From the NCBI GenBank assembly GCA_024763535.1, contig JANTFH010000002.1:8338-72337 (forward strand): DNA of 64,000 nucleotides, given 5' to 3'. Positions 10,275 to 20,325 of this stretch are shown here, piece after piece. The position numbers and the translations under genes are program-made. Source of the DNA: Thermodesulfobacteriota bacterium. Lineage in GTDB: Bacteria; Desulfobacterota; Anaeroferrophillalia; Anaeroferrophillales; Tharpellaceae. Under the pieces are notes generated by a model. The model did no database searches. It was given only the letters and a program-made list of their open reading frames with translations, and was not told the DNA's origin. Positions within the stretch are counted from its first letter, which is position 1. Each line of letters starts with the position of its first letter.

Positions 10275-11225
10275 ATGTCAGGGGAGCAGGGCAAGATGGT
10301 TTTTGAACGTAAAGATCTGTTGGGAACTAGGGATCTGTCGGCGATCGAGATAAGATCTCTTTTGGAGAGCGCTGAATCGTTTAAGGAAATTGCCGAACGT
10401 CCTTTGAAAAAGGTTCCGGCCCTGCGGGGTAAAACCGTGGTAAATCTCTTTTTTGAACCCAGCACCCGGACCCGTACCTCTTTTGAGATTGCCGCCAAGC
10501 GTCTGAGTGCCGATGCGGTTAATATGAGTGCTTCAACCTCCAGTCTGGTTAAAGGTGAGAGCCTTTTAGATACGGTCGACAACATCCAGGCCATGGCTCC
10601 CGACATTCTCGTCGTCCGTCACAGGTTTGTCGGGGCGGCGCATATGATCGCCGAGCGGGTCGGGGCCCGGGTGGTTAATGCCGGAGATGGGGCCAATGAG
10701 CATCCGACTCAGGCCCTGCTTGATCTGGTGACCATGTCCGAACATAAACGGGTGGGGCCCGGTTTGACGGTGGCGATCATCGGCGATATCGCTCACAGCC
10801 GGGTGGCGCGTTCAAATATCTGGGCTTTGACTACCCTGGGGGTGACGGTTCGGATCTGCGCCCCGCCGACGATGCTGCCGCGGGAGTTGGATAAGATTCC
10901 CGGGCTTATCGTCTGTGAGCGTCCCGAAGAGGCTCTGGACGGGGTCGATGTGGTGATGATGCTGAGGATTCAGCTCGAGCGTCAGGACCGGTTGCTGTTT
11001 CCCTCCATCCGGGATTACGCCCGGGTCTTCGGACTTAACCGGCAGCGTCTTGATCTGGCCGCGGAGGATGCGATTGTCATGCATCCCGGACCCATGAACC
11101 GCGGGGTTGAGATTACCTCCGAGGTGGCCGACGGCAGCCGGGCCGTAATCTTGAATCAGGTCAGTAACGGTGTCGCCCTGCGGATGGCGGTTCTTTTTCT
11201 CCTGGGAGGTCAGGGTCATGAGTAG
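10275..11225 (+). CDS. pyrB: Aspartate carbamoyltransferase catalytic subunit
   Basis: [37 protein letters not shown]. Confidence 0.98.
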   Translation: MSGEQGKMVFERKDLLGTRDLSAIEIRSLLESAESFKEIAERPLKKVPALRGKTVVNLFFEPSTRTRTSFEIAAKRLSADAVNMSASTSSLVKGESLLDTVDNIQAMAPDILVVRHRFVGAAHMIAERVGARVVNAGDGANEHPTQALLDLVTMSEHKRVGPGLTVAIIGDIAHSRVARSNIWALTTLGVTVRICAPPTMLPRELDKIPGLIVCERPEEALDGVDVVMMLRIQLERQDRLLFPSIRDYARVFGLNRQRLDLAAEDAIVMHPGPMNRGVEITSEVADGSRAVILNQVSNGVALRMAVLFLLGGQGHE

Positions 11226-12555
11226 TAATGCCTCGCTGTTGTTGAAAAATGTGCGTTTGATCGATGCCGGCCAGAATCGGGATGAAAAAAATCTGGATAT
11301 TTTTCTGCGGGATGGTAAAGTCGCTGAGATTGGGTCGTCTCTAAATCTGCCTGCCGATCAGGTTTTTGATCTTAACGGGGCCTGGGTTATGCCCGGGGCG
11401 ATCGATCTTCATGTCCATCTGCGGGAGCCTGGTTTTGAGCATAAAGAGACTATCTTAAGCGGGGCCGAGGCCGCGGTTGCGGGTGGTTTTACCTCGATAG
11501 CCTGCATGGCCAATACTAATCCGGTGAATGACAGTGCTGCGATAACCCGGTTTATTCTGGAGCAGGCCGCATCGGCACCAGCCAAGGTTCTGCCGGTTGC
11601 CGCCATCAGCAAGGGGATGGCCGGTCAGGAGCTGGTGGAGATGGGTGACCTGGCCGCGGCCGGGGCCGCAGCTTTTTCCGATGACGGAAAAACCGTTGCC
11701 AACAGTAAGCTTTTGCGGCACGCTCTGGAGTATGCCTCAATTTTCAATAAACCTCTGCTCTGTCACTGTCAGGATAACGATCTTTTTGCCGGGGGTGTGA
11801 TTCATGAAGGCATGATTTCGGCCGCCCACGGTTTGGCGGGAATTCCGACTCTGGCTGAGGATGTCGATATCGCCCGGACGATTATGCTGGCGGAGTATCT
11901 TAAGGTCGGGGTGCATATCTGCCATTTGAGTACGGCCACAGGGGTCAGGCTCGTACGCTCCGCCAAGGCCCGCGGGGTCAAGGTTACCGCCGAAGCGACC
12001 CCGCACCACCTTTTTCTGGATGAGCGGGCGGTGGTTGACTTAGCTTACAGTGAAGATCTGGATGAACATGTCCGGCCGCAGCAGTTGCGCTATAATACCG
12101 CTACCAAGATGAGCCCGCCCCTTAGGGCGGCTGAAGATGTTACGGCCCTGCGGGAGGGGCTGGCGGATGGTACGATCGATGCTATCGCCACCGATCATGC
12201 TCCGCACGAGGCGACCGAGAAGGCGGTTGAATATGAACTGGCCCCCTTCGGGGTGGTCGGTCTCGAAACCGCAGTCGCTTTAGGCTTGAGATTGGTTACA
12301 GAGAAAGTCCTGACCCCGCTTACGTTGGCGGCTCGTTTAAGTCTGGCACCGGCAGCGATTTTAGGACTTGATGACCGCGGTTCGCTGACAATCGGCAAGG
12401 CGGCCGATCTGATGATTATCGATCCCCAACGTGAATGGGTGGTTGATCCCGGAAAGTTTCGTTCAAAAGCCGGCAACACCCCCTTTGCCGGCTGGCGTCT
12501 GCCGGGCCGGGTGGTGAAGACCATTGTTGACGGCAGGATTGTTTTTAATTTATAA
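11218..12555 (+). CDS. pyrC: Dihydroorotase
   Basis: [24 protein letters not shown]; ATG at 11218 after GGAGG, overlapping the pyrB stop. Confidence 0.97.
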   Translation: MSSNASLLLKNVRLIDAGQNRDEKNLDIFLRDGKVAEIGSSLNLPADQVFDLNGAWVMPGAIDLHVHLREPGFEHKETILSGAEAAVAGGFTSIACMANTNPVNDSAAITRFILEQAASAPAKVLPVAAISKGMAGQELVEMGDLAAAGAAAFSDDGKTVANSKLLRHALEYASIFNKPLLCHCQDNDLFAGGVIHEGMISAAHGLAGIPTLAEDVDIARTIMLAEYLKVGVHICHLSTATGVRLVRSAKARGVKVTAEATPHHLFLDERAVVDLAYSEDLDEHVRPQQLRYNTATKMSPPLRAAEDVTALREGLADGTIDAIATDHAPHEATEKAVEYELAPFGVVGLETAVALGLRLVTEKVLTPLTLAARLSLAPAAILGLDDRGSLTIGKAADLMIIDPQREWVVDPGKFRSKAGNTPFAGWRLPGRVVKTIVDGRIVFNL

Positions 12556-12639
12556 GGGAATCTTGAACAATTGGTATCTCGGTTTCCGGGGAAAGCGGTC
12601 GCTGAGTTCCGGGATATTTTTTCAAGATACCCGTAAAGG

Positions 12640-13794
12640 ATGATGTTTACGATGGCTGAGACAGTAAAACGGGGCCGTAAGGCGGTTCTTTACTTAAAGG
12701 ATGGTACTCTCTTTAGCGGCCGGGCTTTCGGGGCGGCCGGTGAGGCCTGTGCCGAGGTCGTTTTCAATACCAGTATGAGCGGATATCAGGAGGTCTTGAG
12801 TGATCCCTCATATGCCGGTCAGATGGTAATGATGACCTATCCCCATATCGGTAATTACGGGATTAACGATGCCGATAACGAGTCCCGCCGCTGTTTTTTG
12901 TCCGCCTTTATCGTCAAGGAGTACTGTGCTTATCCGAGCAGCTGGCGGAGTCAGATGGATCTGGCGGAATTTATGGCCGAAAACGGAGTGATCGGGATTG
13001 AAGGAATCGATACCCGGGCCCTGACCCGCCATATCCGTGAAGCCGGGGCCATGCCCGGAATCATCAGCACTGAAGATTTCGCGCCTGAATCTCTGAAAAA
13101 TAAGCTTGAACAGTGGCCCGGCATTGAAGGGGTAAATCTGGTGGCCGGGGTCACCGCGGAGAGAGGTTATGAGTGGCAGCAGGCGACCTGGGATTTGAAA
13201 GACGGCTATCGGGACGGCAGCCGTTCGGAGAAGCGGGTGGTGGTTTATGATTTCGGAGTTAAATACAATATATTACGGCTCTTGAAAAATGTCGGCTGCC
13301 AGGTGACGGTGGTTCCGGCCGGCACCCCGGCGGCTGAGGTTCTGGCTCTTGAGCCGGACGGCCTTTTCCTCTCCAATGGCCCCGGAGATCCGTCGGCCCT
13401 GGGTGGGATCGTTTTGGAAATTAAAAAACTTATCGGCAAACTGCCGATCTGCGGTATTTGTCTCGGACACCAGATCCTAGGTCAGGCCTTGGGCGGAAAG
13501 ACTTTTAAGTTGAAATTCGGTCATCACGGTAGCAATCATCCGGTTATGGATCTGACCACCCGGGAGGTTGAGATTACCTCTCAGAACCATGGCTTCTGTG
13601 TTGATGTGGATTCTTTAGGGGATGAGGTTGAAGTGACTCACATCAACCTCAATGATCAGACGGTCGAAGGCCTGCGCCATCGTCAATATCCGCTCTTTTC
13701 TTTTCAGTATCATCCGGAAAGCTCGCCCGGCCCGCACGACTCGGCCTATCTTTTTGGGCGTTTCCGAAAACTGATGGATGAGTTCAAGGCTTAA
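12640..13794 (+). CDS. carA: Carbamoyl-phosphate synthase small subunit (true start may be 12652)
   Basis: EVVFNTSMSGYQE, LSNGPGDP, GICLGHQ, QYHPE. Confidence 0.98.
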   Translation: MMFTMAETVKRGRKAVLYLKDGTLFSGRAFGAAGEACAEVVFNTSMSGYQEVLSDPSYAGQMVMMTYPHIGNYGINDADNESRRCFLSAFIVKEYCAYPSSWRSQMDLAEFMAENGVIGIEGIDTRALTRHIREAGAMPGIISTEDFAPESLKNKLEQWPGIEGVNLVAGVTAERGYEWQQATWDLKDGYRDGSRSEKRVVVYDFGVKYNILRLLKNVGCQVTVVPAGTPAAEVLALEPDGLFLSNGPGDPSALGGIVLEIKKLIGKLPICGICLGHQILGQALGGKTFKLKFGHHGSNHPVMDLTTREVEITSQNHGFCVDVDSLGDEVEVTHINLNDQTVEGLRHRQYPLFSFQYHPESSPGPHDSAYLFGRFRKLMDEFKA

Positions 13795-13797
13795 ATA

Positions 13798-14511
13798 TCA
13801 CGCTTTATGGAAACTGAAGCGGTTGTCTTCCAGCAGCATATATGAACGCTCGTGAAGCCAGTCGCCAAGTATATAGAGGGATCGGTTTTCCGTGTTGACG
13901 GGGAAGTTCTCAACCCGCTCCTGATGAAAATGGCCGATAACGATGGCCTGAATATCATCCGGGCCGTTAAGCAGCTCAGCGCATCTTCGGAAAATCCGGG
14001 GAGGGATGAATTTTTTGCGCTTTAGGATGGTCTGCGTATCGGTGGAGAGGTGATCGGCAATTTTCAGGGTCAGGCCGGCAGGGGCTAAGTCGATCAGTTT
14101 CAAGGTCAACTTATGGCGGAGAATCCAGCGCCAGAGATGATATAGATAATCGTCTGGATCAAGCCGGTCGCCGTGAGCCAGATAGAGTCTGCGGCCGTCG
14201 ATTTCGATGATGGCGTCATCAGCGTAAAAAGTAGCGATCTCGGTCAGATCCGGGCCGGCGGAAATCTCATGGTTGCCGGCGAAAAAGCAGATCTTTACCC
14301 CTTTTTCGGCCACCTCTTTGAGGACGGTCAAAATAGGGATGAAGTGACTGAAAACCACATTCCGGTAACCGTGCCAGAATTCAAAAAAATCGCCGAGGAT
14401 AAAGAGCCGGTCGAGATCATCGGGCAGCTGTTTGAGAAAATTAATCAGATCCCGGTAGGAGCGGTCTTCGGGATGGCGCAGGTGAGCGTCCGCTAAAAAA
14501 ATTGATTTCAT
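13798..14511 (-). CDS. lpxH: UDP-2,3-diacylglucosamine diphosphatase
   Basis: Calcineurin-like motifs FLADAHL, LGDFFEFW, GNHE, HGD, GHFH and LGDW matching LpxH. Confidence 0.85.
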   Translation of the reverse strand: MKSIFLADAHLRHPEDRSYRDLINFLKQLPDDLDRLFILGDFFEFWHGYRNVVFSHFIPILTVLKEVAEKGVKICFFAGNHEISAGPDLTEIATFYADDAIIEIDGRRLYLAHGDRLDPDDYLYHLWRWILRHKLTLKLIDLAPAGLTLKIADHLSTDTQTILKRKKFIPPRIFRRCAELLNGPDDIQAIVIGHFHQERVENFPVNTENRSLYILGDWLHERSYMLLEDNRFSFHKA

Positions 14512-14519
14512 GATTTCGT

Positions 14520-14549
14520 ATAATAATCGTAAATCAGCTCTATTGTCAA
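14520..14549 (-). promoter_or_regulatory. Sigma70-type promoter for lpxH
   Basis: Minus strand TTGACA (14549-14544), 18-nt spacer, TATTAT (14525-14520), 8 nt before the ATG. Confidence 0.5.
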
Positions 14550-14584
14550 TAACGTAGCATATAATTCGGGTAAGGGTTGTTAAA

Positions 14585-17500
14585 TTGCCGAAACGTACTG
14601 ATTTTAAAAAAATAATGCTGATCGGGTCGGGTCCGATTGTTATCGGGCAGGCTTGTGAATTCGACTACTCCGGCACTCAGGCCTGTAAGGCACTGAAGGA
14701 GGAGGGTTATGAAGTGGTGCTGGTAAACAGTAATCCGGCCACCATCATGACCGATCCCGAGTTTGCCGACCGTACCTATATCGAGCCCCTGACTCCGGAA
14801 ACCGTGGCCCGCATTGTGGCTTTGGAAAAACCCGATGCCCTGCTGCCGACTTTGGGCGGTCAGACCGCCTTGAATATCGGTATCGCCCTGGCGGAAAACG
14901 GTACTCTGGAAAAATACGGGGTTGAGATGATCGGTGCCTCTCTGGAGTCGATCAAAAAGGCCGAAGACCGCCAGCTTTTCAAAGACGCTATGGATCGGAT
15001 CGGTCTGGGATCACCCCGCAGCGGGGTCGCTAAAAGTCTGGATGAGGCCTGGAAAATTTTAGAGCATACCGGTTTTCCGTCCATCTTAAGACCCTCCTTT
15101 ACGATGGGCGGCAGCGGCGGCAATATCGCCTATAATGTCGAAGATTTTGAACTCTTTGTCAAACGCGGTCTGGAGATAAGTCCGGTTCACGAAATTCTGA
15201 TCGAAGAGTCGATTGTCGGCTGGAAAGAGTATGAACTTGAGGTCATGCGTGATCACAAGGACAATGTCGTCATTATCTGTTCGATCGAGAATTTCGACGC
15301 CATGGGCATTCACACCGGCGACAGCATTACGGTAGCTCCGGCCCAGACCCTGACCGATAAAGAGTTTCAGATTATGCGGGATGCCTCTCTGGCAATCATG
15401 CGGGAGATCGGGGTTGCGACCGGCGGTTCCAATGTCCAGTTCGGGGTTAATCCCAAGGACGGCCGTCTGGTGGTTATCGAAATGAATCCCCGGGTTTCGC
15501 GCAGTTCGGCCCTGGCTTCGAAAGCGACCGGTTTTCCGATTGCCAAGATTGCGGCCAAACTGGCGGTCGGCTTTACCCTGGATGAGATCCCCAATGATAT
15601 CACCCGGGAGACCCCGGCCTGTTTTGAACCGACGATTGACTACGTGGTGACCAAAGTCCCGCGTTTTACCTTTGAAAAATTTCATCAGGCCGAGGCGACT
15701 TTAACGACCCAGATGAAATCGGTCGGCGAGGCCATGGCGATCGGTCGAACCTTCAAGGAGTCGCTGCAGAAGGCGATGCGTTCGATGGAGATCGACTCCT
15801 ACGGTTTCGAGCGGCAGTTTCCGGTCGCAACCTATCTGGAGCCGGATCAAGCCAGTATCGATATGGTTGAAGAGCGTCTGCAGATCCCGGGGCCGGAGCG
15901 TCTCTGGTATCTCGGAGACGCCCTGCGCTTAGGTTTTACGGTTGAAAAAATCTATAAAATGACCGGAATCGACCCCTGGTTTATCAATAACATCCGGGAG
16001 ATTATTGAGTTCGAAGAGGATGAGTTAAGTGGTAAGGGTTTGTCTGCAATCTCCCCTGATACCCTGCTCCGGGCCAAAGAGCTGGGCTTTGCCGATAAGT
16101 TTCTGGCAACGGTTTTGGGCTGTTCCGAGGCCGAGGTCAGGGCTCAGCGGGTTCAGCAGGAGATTCTGCCGGTCTTTAAGCGGGTCGATACCTGTGCGGC
16201 CGAGTTTGAGGCCTATACTCCCTATTTTTATTCAACCTACGAAACCGAGGATGAGACCCGGCCGACGGAGCGGAAAAAGATTATTATCCTGGGCGGCGGC
16301 CCCAACCGGATCGGCCAGGGGATTGAATTCGACTACTGCTGCGTTCACTGCTCCTTTGCTCTGGCCGGGGATGGTTATGAAACCATTATGGTCAACTGTA
16401 ACCCGGAGACCGTAAGTACCGACTACGATACCTCTGACAGGCTCTACTTTGAACCCCTGACGCATGAGGATGTACTCCAGATTGTTGAGGTTGAAAAACC
16501 TTTCGGGGTGATTGTCCAGTTCGGCGGGCAAACCCCGTTGAAGTTGGCGGAAGGTCTGGAAAAAGCCGGGGTGCCGATTCTCGGGACGTCACCGGACAGT
16601 ATCGACCGGGCTGAGGATCGACGGCGTTTCAAGGAGTTTCTGGAGAAACTGAAATTGAAACAGCCGGAGAATGATACCGCGACTTCAGTCGATGAAGCGG
16701 TGGCCATCGCCGAGTTGATCGGCTATCCGGTTCTGGTTCGGCCCTCGTACGTTCTCGGCGGGCGCGGAATGGAGATTGTTTACAACCGCGAATCCTTGAA
16801 AGGTTATATGCAGAAAGCGGTTGATGTCTCTTACGACCATCCGGTGCTGATCGACAAGTTCCTAAATAATGCGGTCGAGGTTGATGTCGATGCCGTTTGT
16901 GACGGCACCTCGGTTATGATCGGCGGGATCATGGAGCATATCGAAAAAGCCGGGATTCATTCCGGTGATTCGGCCTGTTCGCTGCCGCCCTACTCTTTGA
17001 CGGAAAAAATCAGCTCAGAGATTGCCCGCCAGACCCGGGCGATGGCGCTGGAACTTGATGTTCGGGGTTTGATGAATGTTCAGTTCGCGGTGCAGGATGA
17101 CGAGGTCTATATCATTGAGGTCAATCCCCGGGCTTCCCGTACGGTTCCGTTCGTCGGTAAAGCCACCGGTCTGCCGCTGGCGTCGATCGCGGCCCGGGTG
17201 ATGGCCGGGAAAACCCTGGCCGAACTCGGGGTTGAAGAAAATTATCTGCCGGCCTGGAGTGCGGTGAAAGAGGCGGTTTTCCCCTTTCTTAAATTCCCCG
17301 GAGTTGATACTTTACTCGGGCCGGAGATGAAATCGACGGGCGAGGTTATGGGCATCGACCGTGATTTTCCGCTGGCTTTTGCCAAGGCTCAGGAGGCCGC
17401 CGGCAACCCGCTGCCGCTCAAGGGTTCGGTATTCCTGAGTATGAGTGATAAATCCGGGCTTAAAGAGATTGCCGGGCCGCTTTTACAGGCGGGGTTTGAT

Positions 17501-17809
17501 TTTATTGCCACTTCCGGTACGGCGAAAGCTTTAAGCGATCTGGGTATTACCAATCGAAGGATCAAAAAACAGAAAGAGGGACGTCCCAACGCGATCGATC
17601 TGGTCTTGAACGGCGAGATCGATATGGTCATCAACCTGCCCGGTGATGCCCGCTCGCATGAGGATTCGCTCTATATTCGACGGGTAGCTCTCGATAACGC
17701 GATTCCCTATTTTACGACCCTGCCTGGGGCTCAGGGTGCGGCCCGGGCGATCGCCGCTCTGCATGATCGTCAGGTTAATCTGCTGGCGATTCAGGGTTAT
17801 CATAAATAG
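14585..17809 (+). CDS. carB: Carbamoyl-phosphate synthase large subunit
   Basis: [23 protein letters not shown], duplicated ATP-grasp ([15 protein letters not shown]), C-terminal MGS domain; TTG start. Confidence 0.99.
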   Translation: MPKRTDFKKIMLIGSGPIVIGQACEFDYSGTQACKALKEEGYEVVLVNSNPATIMTDPEFADRTYIEPLTPETVARIVALEKPDALLPTLGGQTALNIGIALAENGTLEKYGVEMIGASLESIKKAEDRQLFKDAMDRIGLGSPRSGVAKSLDEAWKILEHTGFPSILRPSFTMGGSGGNIAYNVEDFELFVKRGLEISPVHEILIEESIVGWKEYELEVMRDHKDNVVIICSIENFDAMGIHTGDSITVAPAQTLTDKEFQIMRDASLAIMREIGVATGGSNVQFGVNPKDGRLVVIEMNPRVSRSSALASKATGFPIAKIAAKLAVGFTLDEIPNDITRETPACFEPTIDYVVTKVPRFTFEKFHQAEATLTTQMKSVGEAMAIGRTFKESLQKAMRSMEIDSYGFERQFPVATYLEPDQASIDMVEERLQIPGPERLWYLGDALRLGFTVEKIYKMTGIDPWFINNIREIIEFEEDELSGKGLSAISPDTLLRAKELGFADKFLATVLGCSEAEVRAQRVQQEILPVFKRVDTCAAEFEAYTPYFYSTYETEDETRPTERKKIIILGGGPNRIGQGIEFDYCCVHCSFALAGDGYETIMVNCNPETVSTDYDTSDRLYFEPLTHEDVLQIVEVEKPFGVIVQFGGQTPLKLAEGLEKAGVPILGTSPDSIDRAEDRRRFKEFLEKLKLKQPENDTATSVDEAVAIAELIGYPVLVRPSYVLGGRGMEIVYNRESLKGYMQKAVDVSYDHPVLIDKFLNNAVEVDVDAVCDGTSVMIGGIMEHIEKAGIHSGDSACSLPPYSLTEKISSEIARQTRAMALELDVRGLMNVQFAVQDDEVYIIEVNPRASRTVPFVGKATGLPLASIAARVMAGKTLAELGVEENYLPAWSAVKEAVFPFLKFPGVDTLLGPEMKSTGEVMGIDRDFPLAFAKAQEAAGNPLPLKGSVFLSMSDKSGLKEIAGPLLQAGFDFIATSGTAKALSDLGITNRRIKKQKEGRPNAIDLVLNGEIDMVINLPGDARSHEDSLYIRRVALDNAIPYFTTLPGAQGAARAIAALHDRQVNLLAIQGYHK

Positions 17810-17849
17810 GGCTATCTTGAATAATCTGATAGTAATGGAGAATTAAATA

Positions 17850-18341
17850 ATGTGCAGTATGGCAAAAGTACCGTTCACCCCGGAGGGCTATAAACGGCTC
17901 AAAGATGAACTTAATCATTTAAAAACGGTTGAACGGCAGCAGGTTATCAGGGATATCTCCGAGGCTCGTGACCATGGTGATCTGAGTGAGAATGCCGAGT
18001 ACGACGCAGCCAAGAACCGCCAGTCCTTTATCGAGGGTCGCATCAATCATCTGGGTGACCGTTTGACCCGGGCCGAGGTCATCGACCCGACCCAGATGGC
18101 GGATCTTGAGCGAGTGGTGTTCGGGGTTTATGTAACCCTCTGTGATGAAGATTCCGGGGCTGAGATTGTTTATCAACTGGTGGGCGAGGATGAGGCCGAT
18201 ATCGATGAGGGCCGGGTCTCCATCGCCGCCCCTCTGGCCCGGGCGCTGATGGGTAAAGAGATTGATGATGAGATCAAACTGCAGACCCCGAGCGGAGAGA
18301 AAAATTTTACGATTCTCGATATAACACCAACCGTCCCCTGA
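17850..18341 (+). CDS. greA: Transcription elongation factor GreA
   Basis: HGDLSENAEYDAAK, SIAAPLARALMGK. Confidence 0.97.
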   Translation: MCSMAKVPFTPEGYKRLKDELNHLKTVERQQVIRDISEARDHGDLSENAEYDAAKNRQSFIEGRINHLGDRLTRAEVIDPTQMADLERVVFGVYVTLCDEDSGAEIVYQLVGEDEADIDEGRVSIAAPLARALMGKEIDDEIKLQTPSGEKNFTILDITPTVP

Positions 18342-18471
18342 AAGTAGTCCCGGCCGCAGCTCTTTTGCGAATAACCGGGGTGCTGTTCATATTTACTAAA
18401 TGTTCTGGTTTCTTGAGGTTCCGGGAAATAATCTGTTTTCGGACAAGGCCGGGCCGGGTTGAAAACTTCCG

Positions 18472-19218
18472 TTGAATTTATCCCCCCGCAATTTAAAATT
18501 GACCATCGCCTACGACGGTAGCGACTATCATGGCTGGCAGGTTCAGCCTAACGGGATAACCGTACAGGCCCGGATTGAGGATGCCTTCTGCAAGTTCTCC
18601 GGGGCCACTGTCTCCCTCCAGGGTTCGGGCCGTACTGATGCCGGAGTTCATGCCTGGGGTCAGGTAGCTTCACTGGCCTATAACGGCAGTCTGCCGGTTG
18701 AGCGGATTCAGGCGGCCTTAAACAGCCTGCTGCCGGAGGATATCTCGGTACGTCGGGTTGAGGACACTGCGCCTGGTTTTCACGCCCGCAAATCGGCTCG
18801 GGCCAAAACCTACCTCTATATTATTGATAACGGTCGGGTGGCTAATCCCTTTTTGCGGCGCTATGCCTGGCATATCCGGCAGCCGCTCAATCTTTCGGCG
18901 ATGATCCGGGCGGCCGAATTTTTGCCCGGCTGTCAGGATTTTATCTCCTTCAAGGCCGCAGACGGTGAAACCCGAACCAGCCGGCGCACGATTATTCAGG
19001 TTCGCTGGCGGCAGCGCGGATCCAGTCTCTGCTTTTTTATTAAGGGGGATGGCTTCTTGAAGAATATGGTGCGGATTATTGTCGGTACTCTGGTAGATTG
19101 CGGCCGGGGCCGCAACTCGCCTTCAGTAATGGCCGAGATCATCGCCGGCCGCGACCGGGCCGCGGCCGGTATTACCGCGCCGGCTCGAGGGCTTATTTTA
19201 CGGTCGGTGGATTATTAG
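18472..19218 (+). CDS. truA: tRNA pseudouridine(38-40) synthase
   Basis: YDGSDYHGWQ, GRTDAGVHA, FLKNMVRIIVG. Confidence 0.98.
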   Translation: MNLSPRNLKLTIAYDGSDYHGWQVQPNGITVQARIEDAFCKFSGATVSLQGSGRTDAGVHAWGQVASLAYNGSLPVERIQAALNSLLPEDISVRRVEDTAPGFHARKSARAKTYLYIIDNGRVANPFLRRYAWHIRQPLNLSAMIRAAEFLPGCQDFISFKAADGETRTSRRTIIQVRWRQRGSSLCFFIKGDGFLKNMVRIIVGTLVDCGRGRNSPSVMAEIIAGRDRAAAGITAPARGLILRSVDY

Positions 19219-19249
19219 TATTGTGAGGTTATTCTGAAGTTAACTAACA

Positions 19250-19408
19250 TTGATGGCGTCGTAAAAAGTCTCCATCTGCTGCGTTGCTCAAAAAACTTCG
19301 TCACTGCGGTGTACTCTATGTACGCCTCATTCCTCAGTTTTTTGGCGCCTTGCATATGAAGCTTTTTACTTAGCCATCGGGTATTTGGACTTTTTACGAG
19401 TTTGTCAA
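19250..19408. repeat. 159-bp nested inverted-repeat (MITE/REP-like) element between convergent truA and rex
   Basis: Left TTGATGGCGTCGTAAAAAGTC versus right GACTTTTTACGAGTTTGTCAA (12-bp exact core); internal IRs GATGGC/GCCATC, GTAAAAAG/CTTTTTAC, CAAAAAAC/GTTTTTTG, GGTGTAC/GTACGCC. Confidence 0.75.
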
Positions 19409-19418
19409 CACTGTCCCA

Positions 19419-20060
19419 TCAATGTTTTTTGTGGGTCAAAAGATAGGCCAGATTATCCAACTCGCTGGTAATCGATACATTGCGCAGAGTAATTGATTCC
19501 GGGACTTTGACCTTGATCGGGGCGAAGTTTAAGATCCCCTTGATGCCGCCGGCTACGAGTCGGCCGGCAATCTCCTGGGCCGCCGCCGCCGGGGTGGTAA
19601 TGATGCCGATACTGATCTTCTCTTTTCGGACGTAATCTTCGATATTTTCAATCGCCTGAATGGTTACGCCGGCGGTGACCTCCGTGCCGATCTTGTTCGG
19701 GTCGGAGTCAAAGGCGGTGATGATGCGAAAACCGTGATTGCGGAAAAAATCAAAATTGAGCAGAGCCTGTCCCAGTTTCCCGACGCCGACGACGGTCGTC
19801 GGCCAGTTGTGGTTGATGCCGAGAATGTCTTTAATCTCGGCTTCCAGTTTCTTCGTGTCATAGCCGACCCCACGGACGCCGAATTCACCGAAATAGGAGA
19901 GGTCTTTACGGATCTGAGCCGGGCTTACCTGGCACGATTCTCCCAGCATTTCGGAAGAGATCACCGGGTTGCTTTCAGTTCCTAGTCTGCCTAGATAGTT
20001 GACGTAAGTGGAGAGACGTTTGATCGTAGCTTCTGGAATTTTATGCTCTTTAGTTTTCAT
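19419..20060 (-). CDS. rex: Redox-sensing transcriptional repressor Rex
   Basis: IPEATIKRL, IRKDLSYFGEFGVRGVGY, VGVGKLGQAL, GILNFAP; ATG at 20060. Confidence 0.97.
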   Translation of the reverse strand: MKTKEHKIPEATIKRLSTYVNYLGRLGTESNPVISSEMLGESCQVSPAQIRKDLSYFGEFGVRGVGYDTKKLEAEIKDILGINHNWPTTVVGVGKLGQALLNFDFFRNHGFRIITAFDSDPNKIGTEVTAGVTIQAIENIEDYVRKEKISIGIITTPAAAAQEIAGRLVAGGIKGILNFAPIKVKVPESITLRNVSITSELDNLAYLLTHKKH

Positions 20061-20202
20061 TTTCAGCCTGTTGCGTGAAATAGATTGATACTTAGCAGAG
20101 TCTTTGTTCCGTAGTTCTCTTGTGATTATCACATCGTTGTCTGTGGTTCAAGTGAAATTTATCCTTTTTGTCGCTAATAGTTCGAAAAAATCGAGATACT
20201 TT

Positions 20203-20231
20203 TTGACAATTTTGAATTAATACACTACTTT
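20203..20231 (+). promoter_or_regulatory. Sigma70-type promoter upstream of proB
   Basis: TTGACA (20203-20208), 17-nt spacer, TACTTT (20226-20231). Confidence 0.5.
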
Positions 20232-20325
20232 TACTTAAATACCGTTGCCGGAAGAAGTCTGATGTTCAGGGTTGCGTTCAGCGGCCCGGACGCCAGTGCT
20301 GTTAAACCTATTATGTTGACCGGGT

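Noticed and set aside
15086-15685. Long antisense ORFs within carB, and similarly 56462..57136 within glnS
   Set aside because: In-register shadow ORFs of well-conserved genes with no independent coding evidence.
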